From Alphaproteobacteria bacterium (GTDB taxonomy: Bacteria > Pseudomonadota > Alphaproteobacteria > UBA828): DNA of 64,000 bases. Below the pieces are notes generated by a model. The model was not told the origin of the DNA, did not search any database, and saw only the letters and a program-made list of their open reading frames with translations. The DNA lies in NCBI GenBank assembly GCA_963667785.2, contig CAXXMU010000002.1, positions 480,001 to 544,000 of the forward strand, written 5' to 3'. Of the stretch, positions 37,819-47,558 are shown one piece after another; within the stretch, counting starts at the first letter, position 1; each line of letters starts with the position of its first letter. A program made the translations under genes and the position numbers.

Positions 37819-38023
37819 CGAGCGCGCCCACCTCCCTGAGGATGCGCCGCGCCGCCTCCGCATCCTCGTCGCAGACCATGAGGCGCCGCGGGATCGCCCC
37901 GGCGCTGCCCTCGAGCACGCTCATGTGCTGATCCAGCACGACCGGCTCGATCCCGCCGTCTCTCAGCACGGCATCGAGAAACGAGAGCTGCACCAGGTCG
38001 TTCGTGCGAAGGAGCTCGATCAT
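37811..38023 (-). CDS. DUF2007 small protein
   Basis: ELLRTND.V..SF...L...GI...VLD.HMS.LEGS...PRR..V; usual alphaproteobacterial neighbour of ispB. Confidence 0.85.
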   Translation of the reverse strand: MIELLRTNDLVQLSFLDAVLRDGGIEPVVLDQHMSVLEGSAGAIPRRLMVCDEDAEAARRILREVGALDV

Positions 38024-38143
38024 TCTTTTCCGCCTTCCGGCCTACGCGGTCCGTGCTGGGTCGCGTGCCGGATGCTAGGGTGCGGCGTAGCGCGATCGTG
38101 CATGGATGCCCTTGCGCGCGCGCCTCGTCAAGCGAGAGGGTCG

Positions 38144-39193
38144 ATGGCGGAAACGATCGTTCCGCTCAAGCGGGCGCAGGCGGAGCGGCCTGCCGCGCGG
38201 CGCAAGGGTGCGGAGGGCGCGTCGCTGGACCATCTTCACGGTCTGGTCGCGGACGACCTGCGCGCCGTCAACGGCGTCATCCTCGACAACATGCACAGCC
38301 CGGTGGTGCTCATCTCCGAGCTTGCCGCGCACATCGTCGCGGCGGGCGGAAAGCGGCTCAGGCCGATGCTGACGCTCGGTGCCGCCCGCCTCTGCGGCTA
38401 TACCGGCAAGCGCCACGTCGATCTCGCCGCCTGCGTCGAGTTCATCCATACCGCGACGCTGCTCCACGACGACGTCGTCGACGACAGCGCGCTCAGGCGG
38501 GGCGCGGCGACGGCGAACGCGCTCTGGGGCAACAAGCCGAGCGTTCTCGTCGGCGACTTCCTGTTCAGCCGCGCCTTCCAGATCTCCGTCGCCGACGGCT
38601 CGCTCCGGGTGCTCGGCATCCTCGCCGATACCGCCGCCACGCTCGCCGAGGGCGAGGTGATGCAGCTCACCACCTCCAACGATACCGAGACCAGCGAGGC
38701 CTCCTACCTGAAGGTCGTCACGGCGAAGACCGCCGCGCTCTTCGCTGCCGCCTGCCGGCTCGGCGCGGTGGTGGCGGAGCGTCCCGCCGCAGAGGAGGAG
38801 GCTCTCAGGAGCTTCGGCCTCAACCTCGGCATCGCCTATCAGCTCGTCGACGACGCGCTCGACTACGGCGCCCGGGAAGCGGTCCTCGGCAAGTCGGTCG
38901 GCGACGACTTCCGGGACGGCAAGATCACCCTGCCGGTGGTGCTCGCGTTCCGCCGGGGCGACGAGGAAGAGCGCGCCTTCTGGCGCCGCACCATGGAGGA
39001 GGGGGAGCTGGAGGAGGAGGACTTCTCCCGGGCGATGGCGCTGCTCACCCGCCACGGCACGATCGAGGACTCGATCGAGCGGGCGCGCCACTACAGCGCC
39101 ATGGCGTGCGATGCGCTCGGCCTCTTCCCCGCGTCGGACGCGAAGGACGCCCTGCTTGCCGTCGTGGAATTCTGCACCCGCCGGGCACACTGA
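38144..39193 (+). CDS. ispB: Octa/decaprenyl diphosphate synthase
   Basis: GGKRLRP, HTATLLHDDVVD (FARM), RRG, KTA.LF, QLVDD.LDY (SARM), GK..GDD. Confidence 0.92.
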   Translation: MAETIVPLKRAQAERPAARRKGAEGASLDHLHGLVADDLRAVNGVILDNMHSPVVLISELAAHIVAAGGKRLRPMLTLGAARLCGYTGKRHVDLAACVEFIHTATLLHDDVVDDSALRRGAATANALWGNKPSVLVGDFLFSRAFQISVADGSLRVLGILADTAATLAEGEVMQLTTSNDTETSEASYLKVVTAKTAALFAAACRLGAVVAERPAAEEEALRSFGLNLGIAYQLVDDALDYGAREAVLGKSVGDDFRDGKITLPVVLAFRRGDEEERAFWRRTMEEGELEEEDFSRAMALLTRHGTIEDSIERARHYSAMACDALGLFPASDAKDALLAVVEFCTRRAH

Positions 39194-39210
39194 CGCCGGG
39201 GGTCAGGGTC

Positions 39211-39729
39211 TCAGCCCAGCTCCTTCGCCATCCTGAAGTCCACGAGGCGGGCGCTGTCGGCGCGGAAGGCGGACCAGCTCTCGATGCCGGTCTCGAAGAC
39301 GGCGAGCGCGGCGGTCGGAAACCGCGTGGAAAGCCGCCTGAACGCCGGTCCCGGCCCGTATCGGCCGAGCGCCAGCGCCAGCGCGTGGAGGCCGGGATTG
39401 TGGCCGACGACGAGGACGCCGGATTCGGCCCCGCCCGCCTCGGCCACGGCGTGCAGCAGGGTCTCGGGGCTGCCCATGTAGAGGCTTTCCACCACCCGCC
39501 GCGCCAGGCTCTCGCCGAAGCCTTCGCAGAACGAGTCGCAGGTTTCCACGGTGCGCCGCGCAGGCGAGCAGAGGATCAGCGTCGGCGGCGCGGCCTGCTC
39601 GCGGCAGAAGACGCCCACGCGCCGGCTCTCCCGCCGGCCCCTGCCGACCAGCGCGCGCTCGCGGTCGCCGCCGCCGGGCGGCATGCCGGCCTCGGCCTTG
39701 CCGTGGCGCATCAGGTAGAGCCGCCGCAC
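39211..39729 (-). CDS. sixA: SixA-like phosphohistidine phosphatase
   Basis: LMRHGKA, D..R.L..RG, SPA.RT.ET, VGHNP, FPT. Confidence 0.85.
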   Translation of the reverse strand: MRRLYLMRHGKAEAGMPPGGGDRERALVGRGRRESRRVGVFCREQAAPPTLILCSPARRTVETCDSFCEGFGESLARRVVESLYMGSPETLLHAVAEAGGAESGVLVVGHNPGLHALALALGRYGPGPAFRRLSTRFPTAALAVFETGIESWSAFRADSARLVDFRMAKELG

Positions 39730-39830
39730 ACCTCGCTCCCCGTCACGCGTGCCCCTGTGGCCGCATTCGCCGTTTGCATTCACCGTGGCGCGCGACCAGA
39801 ATTGCGCCCCCTTTCGACGACCGGGAGATC

Positions 39831-41474
39831 ATGATGGGCGGGCAGCGCACCGGCAAGAGTCCGTATGAGGACGGGCTCGGGCGCAACGACGCGAACTACG
39901 TTCCCCTGACCCCGCTTTCCTTCCTGCGCCGCGCCGCGGCGGTCTTCCCCGAGCGGACGGCGTGGATCCACGGCTCCCGCCGGGCGAGCTACGCCGCGTT
40001 CTACGCGCGCTGCCGGCGCCTCGCCTCCGCGCTGGCCGCACGCGGCGTCGTCAAGGGCGACACGGTGGCGATCATGTCTCCCAACACGCCCGGCATGCTG
40101 GAGGCGCACTACGGCGTTCCCATGTGCGGCGCCGTCCTCAACGCGCTGAACTACAGGCTCGATGCGGCCTCGCTCGCCTTCATCCTCGATCACGCCCGGG
40201 TCGAGGTGCTGCTCACCGACCGCTCGTTCTCGCCGGTGATCGCGGATGCTCTGGCCCAGGCCGACGTCACGCCGCTCGTCATCGACATCGACGATACGCC
40301 GGAAGACGGCGGCGACCTGATCGGCGCGCTCGAGTACGAGACGCTGCTCGCCGAGGGCGATCCCGACTACGACTGGCCCTGGCCCGGCGACGAGTGGGAC
40401 GCGATCTCCCTCAACTACACCTCAGGCACCACCGGCAACCCAAAGGGCGTCGTCTATCACCACCGGGGCGCTTATCTGAACGCGCTCGGCGATGGCGTCA
40501 CCTGGGCCATGCCGCATGGGCCGGTCTATCTCTGGACGCTGCCCATGTTCCACTGCAACGGCTGGTGCTTTCCCTGGGCGGTCTGCGCCTATGCCGGCAC
40601 CCATGTCTGCCTGCGCCGGGTCGAGGCTGGCGCCATCTTCCAGGCGATCGCCGAGCACCGCGTCACGCACTTCTGCGGCGCGCCCATCGTCCTCAACCTG
40701 CTCAACAATGCGAGCGACGACGAGCGTGTGCCCTTCGACCACCCGGTCGAGGTGATGACCGCGGCCGCGCCGCCGCCGGCCGCCGTCATCGCGCGGATGG
40801 AGGAGGCCGGCTTCCGCGTCACCCACGTCTACGGCCTCACCGAGGTCTACGGCCCGGTGACGGTGTGCGACTGGCACGACGAATGGAGCGCGCTGCCGCT
40901 CGACGAGCAGGCGGCGCTGAAGGCGCGCCAAGGTGTGCCCTACGCCACGCTGGACGGGCTCATGGTGGCCGATTCCGGGACGCTGGAGCCGGTGCCGGCG
41001 GACGGCGAGACCATGGGCGAGGTCTTCATGCGCGGCAACACGGTGATGAAGGGCTATCTCGGCAATCCGCAGGCGACCGAGGAGGCCTTCGCCGGCGGCT
41101 GGTTCCATACCGGCGACCTCGGCGTCGTCCACGCCGACGGCTACATCCAGCTCAAGGACCGGGCCAAAGACATCATCATCTCGGGCGGCGAGAACATCTC
41201 GACCATCGAGGTGGAGGGCGCGCTCTACCGCCACCCGGCGGTGCTGGAAGCCGCCGTGGTGGCGCGCCCCGACGAGACCTGGGGCGAGACGCCGTGCGCC
41301 TTCGTCACGCTCAAGGATGGCGCGGAGGCGGACGAGGCGTCGCTGATCGCGTTCTGCCGGGGCGAGCTTGCTCACTTCAAGTGCCCGAAGACCGTGGTGT
41401 TCGGCTCGCTGCCGAAGACCTCGACCGGCAAGATTCGCAAGTACGTTCTCAGGGAGCGCGCCGCCGCGCTCTGA
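39831..41474 (+). CDS. Acyl-CoA synthetase (medium-chain/DmdB-like AMP-dependent ligase)
   Basis: NYVPLTPLSFL, YTSGTTGNPKG, PMFHCNGW, YGLTE, WFHTGD, DR.KD.IISGGENI, PKTSTGK. Confidence 0.9.
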   Translation: MMGGQRTGKSPYEDGLGRNDANYVPLTPLSFLRRAAAVFPERTAWIHGSRRASYAAFYARCRRLASALAARGVVKGDTVAIMSPNTPGMLEAHYGVPMCGAVLNALNYRLDAASLAFILDHARVEVLLTDRSFSPVIADALAQADVTPLVIDIDDTPEDGGDLIGALEYETLLAEGDPDYDWPWPGDEWDAISLNYTSGTTGNPKGVVYHHRGAYLNALGDGVTWAMPHGPVYLWTLPMFHCNGWCFPWAVCAYAGTHVCLRRVEAGAIFQAIAEHRVTHFCGAPIVLNLLNNASDDERVPFDHPVEVMTAAAPPPAAVIARMEEAGFRVTHVYGLTEVYGPVTVCDWHDEWSALPLDEQAALKARQGVPYATLDGLMVADSGTLEPVPADGETMGEVFMRGNTVMKGYLGNPQATEEAFAGGWFHTGDLGVVHADGYIQLKDRAKDIIISGGENISTIEVEGALYRHPAVLEAAVVARPDETWGETPCAFVTLKDGAEADEASLIAFCRGELAHFKCPKTVVFGSLPKTSTGKIRKYVLRERAAAL

Positions 41475-41500
41475 CGCGGCGCCGGGAGGGCGGGCGAGCG

Positions 41501-42262
41501 ATGCGACCCACCGTGACCGCCCTCGCCGCGCTCGTTCTCGCCACGCTGCTGCCGTTCGCGACCGGCCCTGCCACCACCTCTGCCGCTGCCGCCGAGGACG
41601 ATCCGTTCGCCGCCGCGCGGGCCGCCATGGTGCGCGCCGTCACCCTCGATGCGGAACAGACCGCCGCCTGGATCGGCAAGTCGGCGCTGGCGCCCCGGGT
41701 GATGGAGGCGATGGGGCGGGTGCCGCGCCATCTCTTCGTGCCGCCGGAGCTGCAGAGCCTCGCCTACGAGAACAGGCCGCTCCCCATCGGCTACGGCCAG
41801 ACCATCTCGCAGCCCTACATCGTCGCGCTTATGACCGACCTGCTGGCGCCGCAGCCCGACGACATCGCCTTCGAGCTCGGCACCGGGTCAGCCTATCAGG
41901 CGGCGGTGCTGGCGGAGCTGGTGGCCGAGGTCAAGACGGTCGAGATCGTGCCGCCGCTCGCGGCGAACGCCGCCCGGCGGCTCGAGCTGCTCGGCTACGA
42001 CAATGTGGAGGTACGCGCCGGCGACGGCTATCACGGCTGGCCGGAGCATGCGCCCTTCGACGTCATCGTCGTCACGGCCGCCGCGAGCCATGTGCCGCCG
42101 CCGCTGATCGCCCAGCTCCGACCGGGCGGGCGCATGGTGATCCCGGTGGGCAGCCCCTTCCTCACCCAGCAGCTCCTGCTCGTCGAGAAGGGGGCCGACG
42201 GCGCCGTCACCAGCCGCCAGATCCTGCCGGTGATCTTCGTACCGCTCACCGGCGGGCACTGA
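41501..42262 (+). CDS. pcm: Protein-L-isoaspartate O-methyltransferase with an N-terminal Sec signal peptide
   Basis: VPRH.FV, AY...PLPIG.GQTISQPYIVA.MT, E.GTGS.YQAA, GDG..GW...APFD.I.VTAA, GGRMVIPVG, FVPL; leader MRPTVTALAALVLATLLPF...AAAA. Confidence 0.9.
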   Translation: MRPTVTALAALVLATLLPFATGPATTSAAAAEDDPFAAARAAMVRAVTLDAEQTAAWIGKSALAPRVMEAMGRVPRHLFVPPELQSLAYENRPLPIGYGQTISQPYIVALMTDLLAPQPDDIAFELGTGSAYQAAVLAELVAEVKTVEIVPPLAANAARRLELLGYDNVEVRAGDGYHGWPEHAPFDVIVVTAAASHVPPPLIAQLRPGGRMVIPVGSPFLTQQLLLVEKGADGAVTSRQILPVIFVPLTGGH

Positions 42263-42268
42263 CGCAAC

Positions 42269-44734
42269 GTGACGGGCGAGGGCGCGCGCGGCCTCTCCCG
42301 ACCCGGCGTCTTCATAGCCGTGGCGCTGCTTTCGGCCGGCGTGCTGGGCTACGAGATCCTGCTGGCGCGCCTGCTGGCGATCGTCCACTGGCACCACTTC
42401 GCCTACATGATCATCGCGGTGGCGTTGCTGGGCTTCGGCGCCGCCGGCAGCCTGGTCGCGGTGCTTCAGCAGCCGCTCCTCGACCGTTTCCGATGGAGCT
42501 TCGGCGGCGCGGCGCTCGGCTTCGGCGCCGGCGCGCCGCTCGCCTTCGCGCTGGCGCAGTCGCTCCCCTTCAACGCGCTGGAGATCGCCTGGGACCGGGC
42601 GCAGCCGGGCTGGCTCTTCGCCCTCTATCTGGTGCTCGCGCTGCCGTTCTTCTCGGCGGCGCTGGCGCTGGTGCTCGCCTTCAGGATGCACGCCGCGCGC
42701 GCCGGGGCGCTCTATCGCATGGACCTGGTAGGCGCCGGTCTCGGCGCGCTGGGCATGATCTTCCTGCTCGATGCTCTGGCGTTGGCTGATGCGCTGAGAG
42801 TCGTCGGAGGGCTGGGCGCCGCCTCGGGCGGGATCGTCCTGCTGTCGTCGGGAGGCACCGGCCCGCTCGTGCGCGGGGCCGCGTTGCTGGCGGTGGCCGC
42901 CGGGCTCGCCCTGCCGACGGCGCTTCCCGATCACTGGCTCCGCCCGCAGCCCTCGCCCTACAAGGGATTGAGTCTCGCGCTCACCGCACCCGACGCACGG
43001 ATCGTGGCGGAACGTCACGGCCCCCTCGGCTGGATCGCCGCGGTCGAGAGCCCGCGCGTGCCGTTCCGCCATGCGCCGGGCCTCAGCCTGATGGCTGAGG
43101 CCGGCCCGCCGGCGCAGATCGGCCTCTTCACCGACGGCGGCGCGCCTTCGGCGATTACCCCTGCGGACGGCGACCTCCGCTACCTGGAGGCCGAGACAGC
43201 CGCGCTGCCCTACCATCTGCTCGACCGCGCGCCCCGGGTGCTGGTGCTGGGCGCCGGCGGCGGGGCCGAGGTGCTGCGGGCGCTGCAGCTCGGCGCCCGC
43301 GCGGTCGATGCGGTGGAGCTGAACCCGGACGTGCTCGCCCTGGTGCGCGACGTGCTGGCGGATGGGCCGGGCGCGTCGTGGGAGGGCGGGACGGTCCGCA
43401 CGCACGTGGCGGACGCCCGCAGCTTCGCCGCGCGTTCCTCCGAACAATGGGACCTGATCCAGATCGCGCTGGTCGATTCCTTCAGCGCGGCGGCGGCGGG
43501 CGTTCATGCGCTCGACGAATCGCTGCTCTACACGGTGGAGGCGCTCGGCGTCTTCCTCGACCGCCTCGCGCCGGGCGGCGTGCTCGCCGTCACACGCTGG
43601 CTCAAGCTGCCGCCGCGGGACTCGCTCAAGTTGCTCTGGACCGCGCGGGAAGCGCTGGAGGCGCGGGGCGCGGACGACCCCGCGTCGCGGCTCGCCATGA
43701 TCCGGGGCTGGAAGACCACGACCCTGGTGATCGGCGCGCGGCCCTTCGAGCGGGACGCCATCGCCGGGCTGCGCGCCTTCGCGGCGGCTCAAGGATTCGA
43801 TCTGGTCTGGCATCCGGGCATCGCGGAGGGTGACGCCAACCGCCGCAACCGCCTCGCCGCGCCCGAGTTCCATCGCGGCGCCGCCGCCATCCTCGGCCCC
43901 GACCCGGAAGGCTTCGCTGCGCGCTACAAGTTCGCGCTCCGGCCCGCCACCGACGACCGCCCGTTCTTCTTCCACACCCTCAAGTGGTCGACGCTGCCGG
44001 AGCTGCTGGCGCTGCGGGCGCAGGGCGGCCTGCCGCTGGTGGAGTGGGGCTTCGTCATCCTGGTCGCGACCCTGGTGCAGGGCGCGATCGCAGCGGCGCT
44101 CCTGATCCTGCTGCCGCTGCTGGCCCTGCGTGCGCCGCGCGGGGCGGCCGCAGCCGAATCCGCCCGCTGGCGGGTGGCGATCTTCTTCGCGAGCCTGGGG
44201 CTGGCGTTCCTCTTCGTCGAGATCGCCTTCATGCAGCGTTTCGCGGTGTTTCTCGGGCATCCGCTCTACGCCATCGCGGTGGTGCTCGCCGGGCTTCTGG
44301 TCTTCGCCGGCCTCGGCGCCGGCGCGATCGACCGGCTCGCGCGCCTGGCCGGCGGCAGGCCGCCGATCACGGTCGCCGCCGCCGGGATCGCCCTCGTCGT
44401 CGGCGCCTATCTCGGGCTCCTGCCCTGGGTCTTCGAGGCCGCGCAGGGCTGGCCCGTCGCCGCCCGCATCGCCGTGGCGCTCGCGCTGCTCGGGCCGGTC
44501 GGCTTTCTCCTAGGGATGCCCTTCCCGCTCGGGCTCAGGGCGCTCGGCGCCCGCGCGCCCGCGCTCGTGCCCTGGGCCTGGGGGATCAACGCCTGCGCCT
44601 CGGTGGTGAGCGCCGCGCTCGCCACCTTCATCGCGCTCCATGTCGGCTTCACGCCCGTGCTCGGCTGTGCTTTGGTGCTCTATGCCGTCGCCGCCGCGGT
44701 CCAGCCGAAGGCGGCGGCAGAGGCGCCCCGGTAG
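42269..44734 (+). CDS. Polytopic membrane protein with central spermidine-synthase-like SAM-binding domain
   Basis: About 7 N-terminal TMs (LY..DL.GA.LG), VLVLGAGGG...DAVELNP, DAR.F, LYTVEA, PATDDRPFF, about 6 C-terminal TMs (WAWGIN..SV). Confidence 0.8.
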   Translation: MTGEGARGLSRPGVFIAVALLSAGVLGYEILLARLLAIVHWHHFAYMIIAVALLGFGAAGSLVAVLQQPLLDRFRWSFGGAALGFGAGAPLAFALAQSLPFNALEIAWDRAQPGWLFALYLVLALPFFSAALALVLAFRMHAARAGALYRMDLVGAGLGALGMIFLLDALALADALRVVGGLGAASGGIVLLSSGGTGPLVRGAALLAVAAGLALPTALPDHWLRPQPSPYKGLSLALTAPDARIVAERHGPLGWIAAVESPRVPFRHAPGLSLMAEAGPPAQIGLFTDGGAPSAITPADGDLRYLEAETAALPYHLLDRAPRVLVLGAGGGAEVLRALQLGARAVDAVELNPDVLALVRDVLADGPGASWEGGTVRTHVADARSFAARSSEQWDLIQIALVDSFSAAAAGVHALDESLLYTVEALGVFLDRLAPGGVLAVTRWLKLPPRDSLKLLWTAREALEARGADDPASRLAMIRGWKTTTLVIGARPFERDAIAGLRAFAAAQGFDLVWHPGIAEGDANRRNRLAAPEFHRGAAAILGPDPEGFAARYKFALRPATDDRPFFFHTLKWSTLPELLALRAQGGLPLVEWGFVILVATLVQGAIAAALLILLPLLALRAPRGAAAAESARWRVAIFFASLGLAFLFVEIAFMQRFAVFLGHPLYAIAVVLAGLLVFAGLGAGAIDRLARLAGGRPPITVAAAGIALVVGAYLGLLPWVFEAAQGWPVAARIAVALALLGPVGFLLGMPFPLGLRALGARAPALVPWAWGINACASVVSAALATFIALHVGFTPVLGCALVLYAVAAAVQPKAAAEAPR

Positions 44735-44759
44735 CACACGCCCCCTGGAGAGGCCGGCA

Positions 44760-45479
44760 ATGAGATTCCTCGTGCTCCAGCACATCGACATCGAGCATCC
44801 CGGCGTTTTCCGCGACTTCATGCGGGCCGACGGAATCGCCTGGGACGCGGTGGAACTCGACGAGGGCGAGGCGATCCCGCCGCTCGACGGCTACGACGCG
44901 CTCATCTCCATGGGCGGGCCGATGGACGTCTTCGAGGAGGACGCCTACCCCTGGCTCGCCGACGAGAAGGGCGCGATCCGCGAGGCCGTGGCGGAACGGG
45001 ACATGCCCTTCCTCGGGGTCTGCCTCGGGCATCAGCTCCTCGCCGATGCGCTCGGCGGGAGGGTGGAGACCATGGCCGAGCCCGAGGTCGGCGTCATGGA
45101 GGTCTCGCTCACCGAGGAGGGCCGCGCCGATTCCCTGCTCGCCGGCCTCGATTCGCAGGTGACCTGCCTGCAATGGCACGGCTGCGCGGTGACCGCGCTG
45201 CCCGACGGCGCCGTCGGACTCGCCTCCTCGCCGCTCTGCGCCATCCAGGCGTTCAGGGTCGGGCGCCACGCCTACGGGCTGCAGTATCACGTGGAGCTGA
45301 CGCCCACGACGGTCGCCGATTGGGGGGCCGTCCCCGCCTACCAGGAGTCGCTGGAGCGGGCGCTGGGGCCGGACGGTCTGGAACCCTTCGAAGCGGCGGC
45401 GGACCGGCAGATGCCGGCCTTCAACCGCGACGCCCGCATCCTCTACGACAACTTCATCGCGCTGGTGCGGGAGCGCTAA
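44760..45479 (+). CDS. Class I glutamine amidotransferase-like protein
   Basis: QH...EHPG, MGGPMD, LGVCLGHQL, QWHG, QYHVE. Confidence 0.85.
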   Translation: MRFLVLQHIDIEHPGVFRDFMRADGIAWDAVELDEGEAIPPLDGYDALISMGGPMDVFEEDAYPWLADEKGAIREAVAERDMPFLGVCLGHQLLADALGGRVETMAEPEVGVMEVSLTEEGRADSLLAGLDSQVTCLQWHGCAVTALPDGAVGLASSPLCAIQAFRVGRHAYGLQYHVELTPTTVADWGAVPAYQESLERALGPDGLEPFEAAADRQMPAFNRDARILYDNFIALVRER

Positions 45480-46591
45480 CCCCGACTTCCCGGCGGCGGC
45501 CAGTCGGGGGCGGGCGGCGTCGCGCCGAGCGGGCCGAGCCAGGTGACGTGGCCCATCTTGCGGCCTGCGCGGGTCTCCGCTTTGCCGTAGAGATGCAGGT
45601 GCGCCGCTGGGTCCGCCGCCAGTGCGGGCCAGAGCTCGACATCGGCGCCGATCAGGTTCTTCATGGCGGCGCTGGCGCGGCGCTCGGTGGAGCCGAGCGG
45701 CAGGCCGCAGACGGCGCGGATGTGCTGCGCGAACTGGCTGGTCTCGCAGCCCTCGATGGTCCAGTGGCCCGAGTTGTGGACGCGGGGAGCGATCTCGTTG
45801 ACCAGCAGCCGGCCGTCGCCGGTGACGAAGAGCTCGACGCAGAGCACGCCCACATGGTCGAGCGCCCGGGCGATGCGCCCGGCGCCCTCCCGCGCCGCCG
45901 CGGCGAGGGCAGAGGCGATGCCCGCCGGCGCCAGGGTCAGGTCGAGGATGCCGTGAACGTGGCGGTTCTCCACCGGATCGAAGGTCGCCGTCGCGCCGTC
46001 GCTCGCACGGGCCACGACCACCGAGACCTCGCGCTCGATCAGCGCGAGGGCTTCGAGGATCGCGGGCCTCCCGCCGAGCCTGCCCCGCCAGGCATCGAGC
46101 AGGTCGTCGCCCGCCGCGAGCACCGTCTGTCCCTTGCCGTCGTAGCCGAGGGTCTGGGTCTTGAGCACGGCCGGCCGGCCGATCCGCGCATCGGCGGCCG
46201 CGGCGCTTCCGGCGTCCTCGACCGCCGCATAGGGCGTCGTCTCCAGCCCGAGAGTGCGGCAAAAGTCCTTCTCCGCGATCCGGTTCTGGGCGACGCGGAG
46301 CGAGCGGGCGCCGGGTCGGACCGGCACCCGGCCCGCCAGCCTCTCCAGCGCCTCGGCCGGCACGTTCTCGAACTCGACGGTGACGACGTCCACTGCCGCG
46401 CCGAAGGCATCGAGCGCCGCGCCGTCGTCGTAGGCCGCCACGGTCTCCGCGGCGGAGACCTGCGCCGCGGGGCCGTCCGGCTCCGGCGAGAAGATGTGGC
46501 AGCGATAGCCGAGTCGGGCGGCGGCGATGGCCAGCATCCGGCCGAGCTGGCCGCCGCCGAGGATGCCGACGGTGGCTCCCGGCGGGATCAC
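45476..46591 (-). CDS. purK: N5-CAIR synthase
   Basis: GILGGGQLGRM, EFEN, GYDGKGQ, NEIAPRVHNSGH, HLYGK...GRKMGH. Confidence 0.95.
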   Translation of the reverse strand: MIPPGATVGILGGGQLGRMLAIAAARLGYRCHIFSPEPDGPAAQVSAAETVAAYDDGAALDAFGAAVDVVTVEFENVPAEALERLAGRVPVRPGARSLRVAQNRIAEKDFCRTLGLETTPYAAVEDAGSAAAADARIGRPAVLKTQTLGYDGKGQTVLAAGDDLLDAWRGRLGGRPAILEALALIEREVSVVVARASDGATATFDPVENRHVHGILDLTLAPAGIASALAAAAREGAGRIARALDHVGVLCVELFVTGDGRLLVNEIAPRVHNSGHWTIEGCETSQFAQHIRAVCGLPLGSTERRASAAMKNLIGADVELWPALAADPAAHLHLYGKAETRAGRKMGHVTWLGPLGATPPAPDWPPPGSRG

Positions 46592-46595
46592 GGGA

Positions 46596-47087
46596 TCACG
46601 ACTCCGGCGTTTCGGCGACCGCGGCGGTCTGCCTGGCCCGCCACTCGTCGAACGCGGCCGCCACGCCCTCGTCGGACAGCGCAACGATCGACGCGGCGAG
46701 CAACGCGGCGTTGATCGCGCCCGCGCGGCCGATGGCGAGCGTGCCCACGGGCACGCCGGCCGGCATCTGAACGATGGAGAGCAGGCTGTCCATGCCTTTC
46801 AGGCTCTTGCTCTCGACCGGCACGCCGAGGACGGGCAGCGGCGTCATCGCTGCGGTCATGCCGGGCAGGTGCGCGGCCCCGCCGGCGCCGGCAATGATGA
46901 CCTTGAGACCCCGGTCGCGGGCCTCCTCGGCGTAGGCGGAGAGCCGCCTGGGCGTGCGGTGGGCGGAGACGATGCGGCTCTCGAAGGGGACGCCGAGCGC
47001 CTCCAGCGTGTCTGCCGCGTGGCGCATGGTCTCCCAGTCGGACTGGCTTCCCATGATGATTCCGACCGCGGCGATGGCCTCGGTCAT
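46596..47087 (-). CDS. purE: N5-CAIR mutase
   Basis: [34 protein letters not shown]. Confidence 0.96.
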   Translation of the reverse strand: MTEAIAAVGIIMGSQSDWETMRHAADTLEALGVPFESRIVSAHRTPRRLSAYAEEARDRGLKVIIAGAGGAAHLPGMTAAMTPLPVLGVPVESKSLKGMDSLLSIVQMPAGVPVGTLAIGRAGAINAALLAASIVALSDEGVAAAFDEWRARQTAAVAETPES

Positions 47088-47173
47088 GATGCTCCTCCCT
47101 CGCGGGTTACGGCGGCGGGCGCGCTGGGCCATAATACCGTCGCAGAGGGGTTGCGGGCACCGCGCTCGGCGCC

Positions 47174-47202
47174 TTCACACCCCCGGCGGGCCGTGCTATA
47201 GA
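47174..47202 (+). promoter_or_regulatory. Sigma70 promoter of rpsU
   Basis: TTCACA-N17-TATAGA with an extended TG. Confidence 0.55.
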
Positions 47203-47252
47203 GCCGCCCGCCAGCCATTGAAACCCTCAGTCGAGCGAGAGGAAGCAGGAAT

Positions 47253-47456
47253 TTGGTTCATGTAGTCGTCCGCGAGAACAACGTCGATCAGGCGCTGAAG
47301 GCACTCAAGAAGAAAATGCAGCGCGAAGGAATCTTCCGGGAAATGAAGATGCGCCGCCACTACGAAAAGCCGTCGGAGCGGCGGGCGCGGGAGAAGGCCG
47401 AGGCGGTCCGGCGCGCCCGGAAACTCGCCCGCAAGCGCGCCCAGCGCGAGGAATAG
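47253..47456 (+). CDS. rpsU: 30S ribosomal protein S21
   Basis: [36 protein letters not shown]; TTG start. Confidence 0.96.
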   Translation: MVHVVVRENNVDQALKALKKKMQREGIFREMKMRRHYEKPSERRAREKAEAVRRARKLARKRAQREE

Positions 47457-47558
47457 CGCCCGCCACGGGCGGGCTCGCGACTCTCCCGTTTCCCGCCATG
47501 CGTGTCGGCCGAAAACGCGTCGGCACGAACAATCCCTTGTTCCGCTGAAAGTCCCGGG

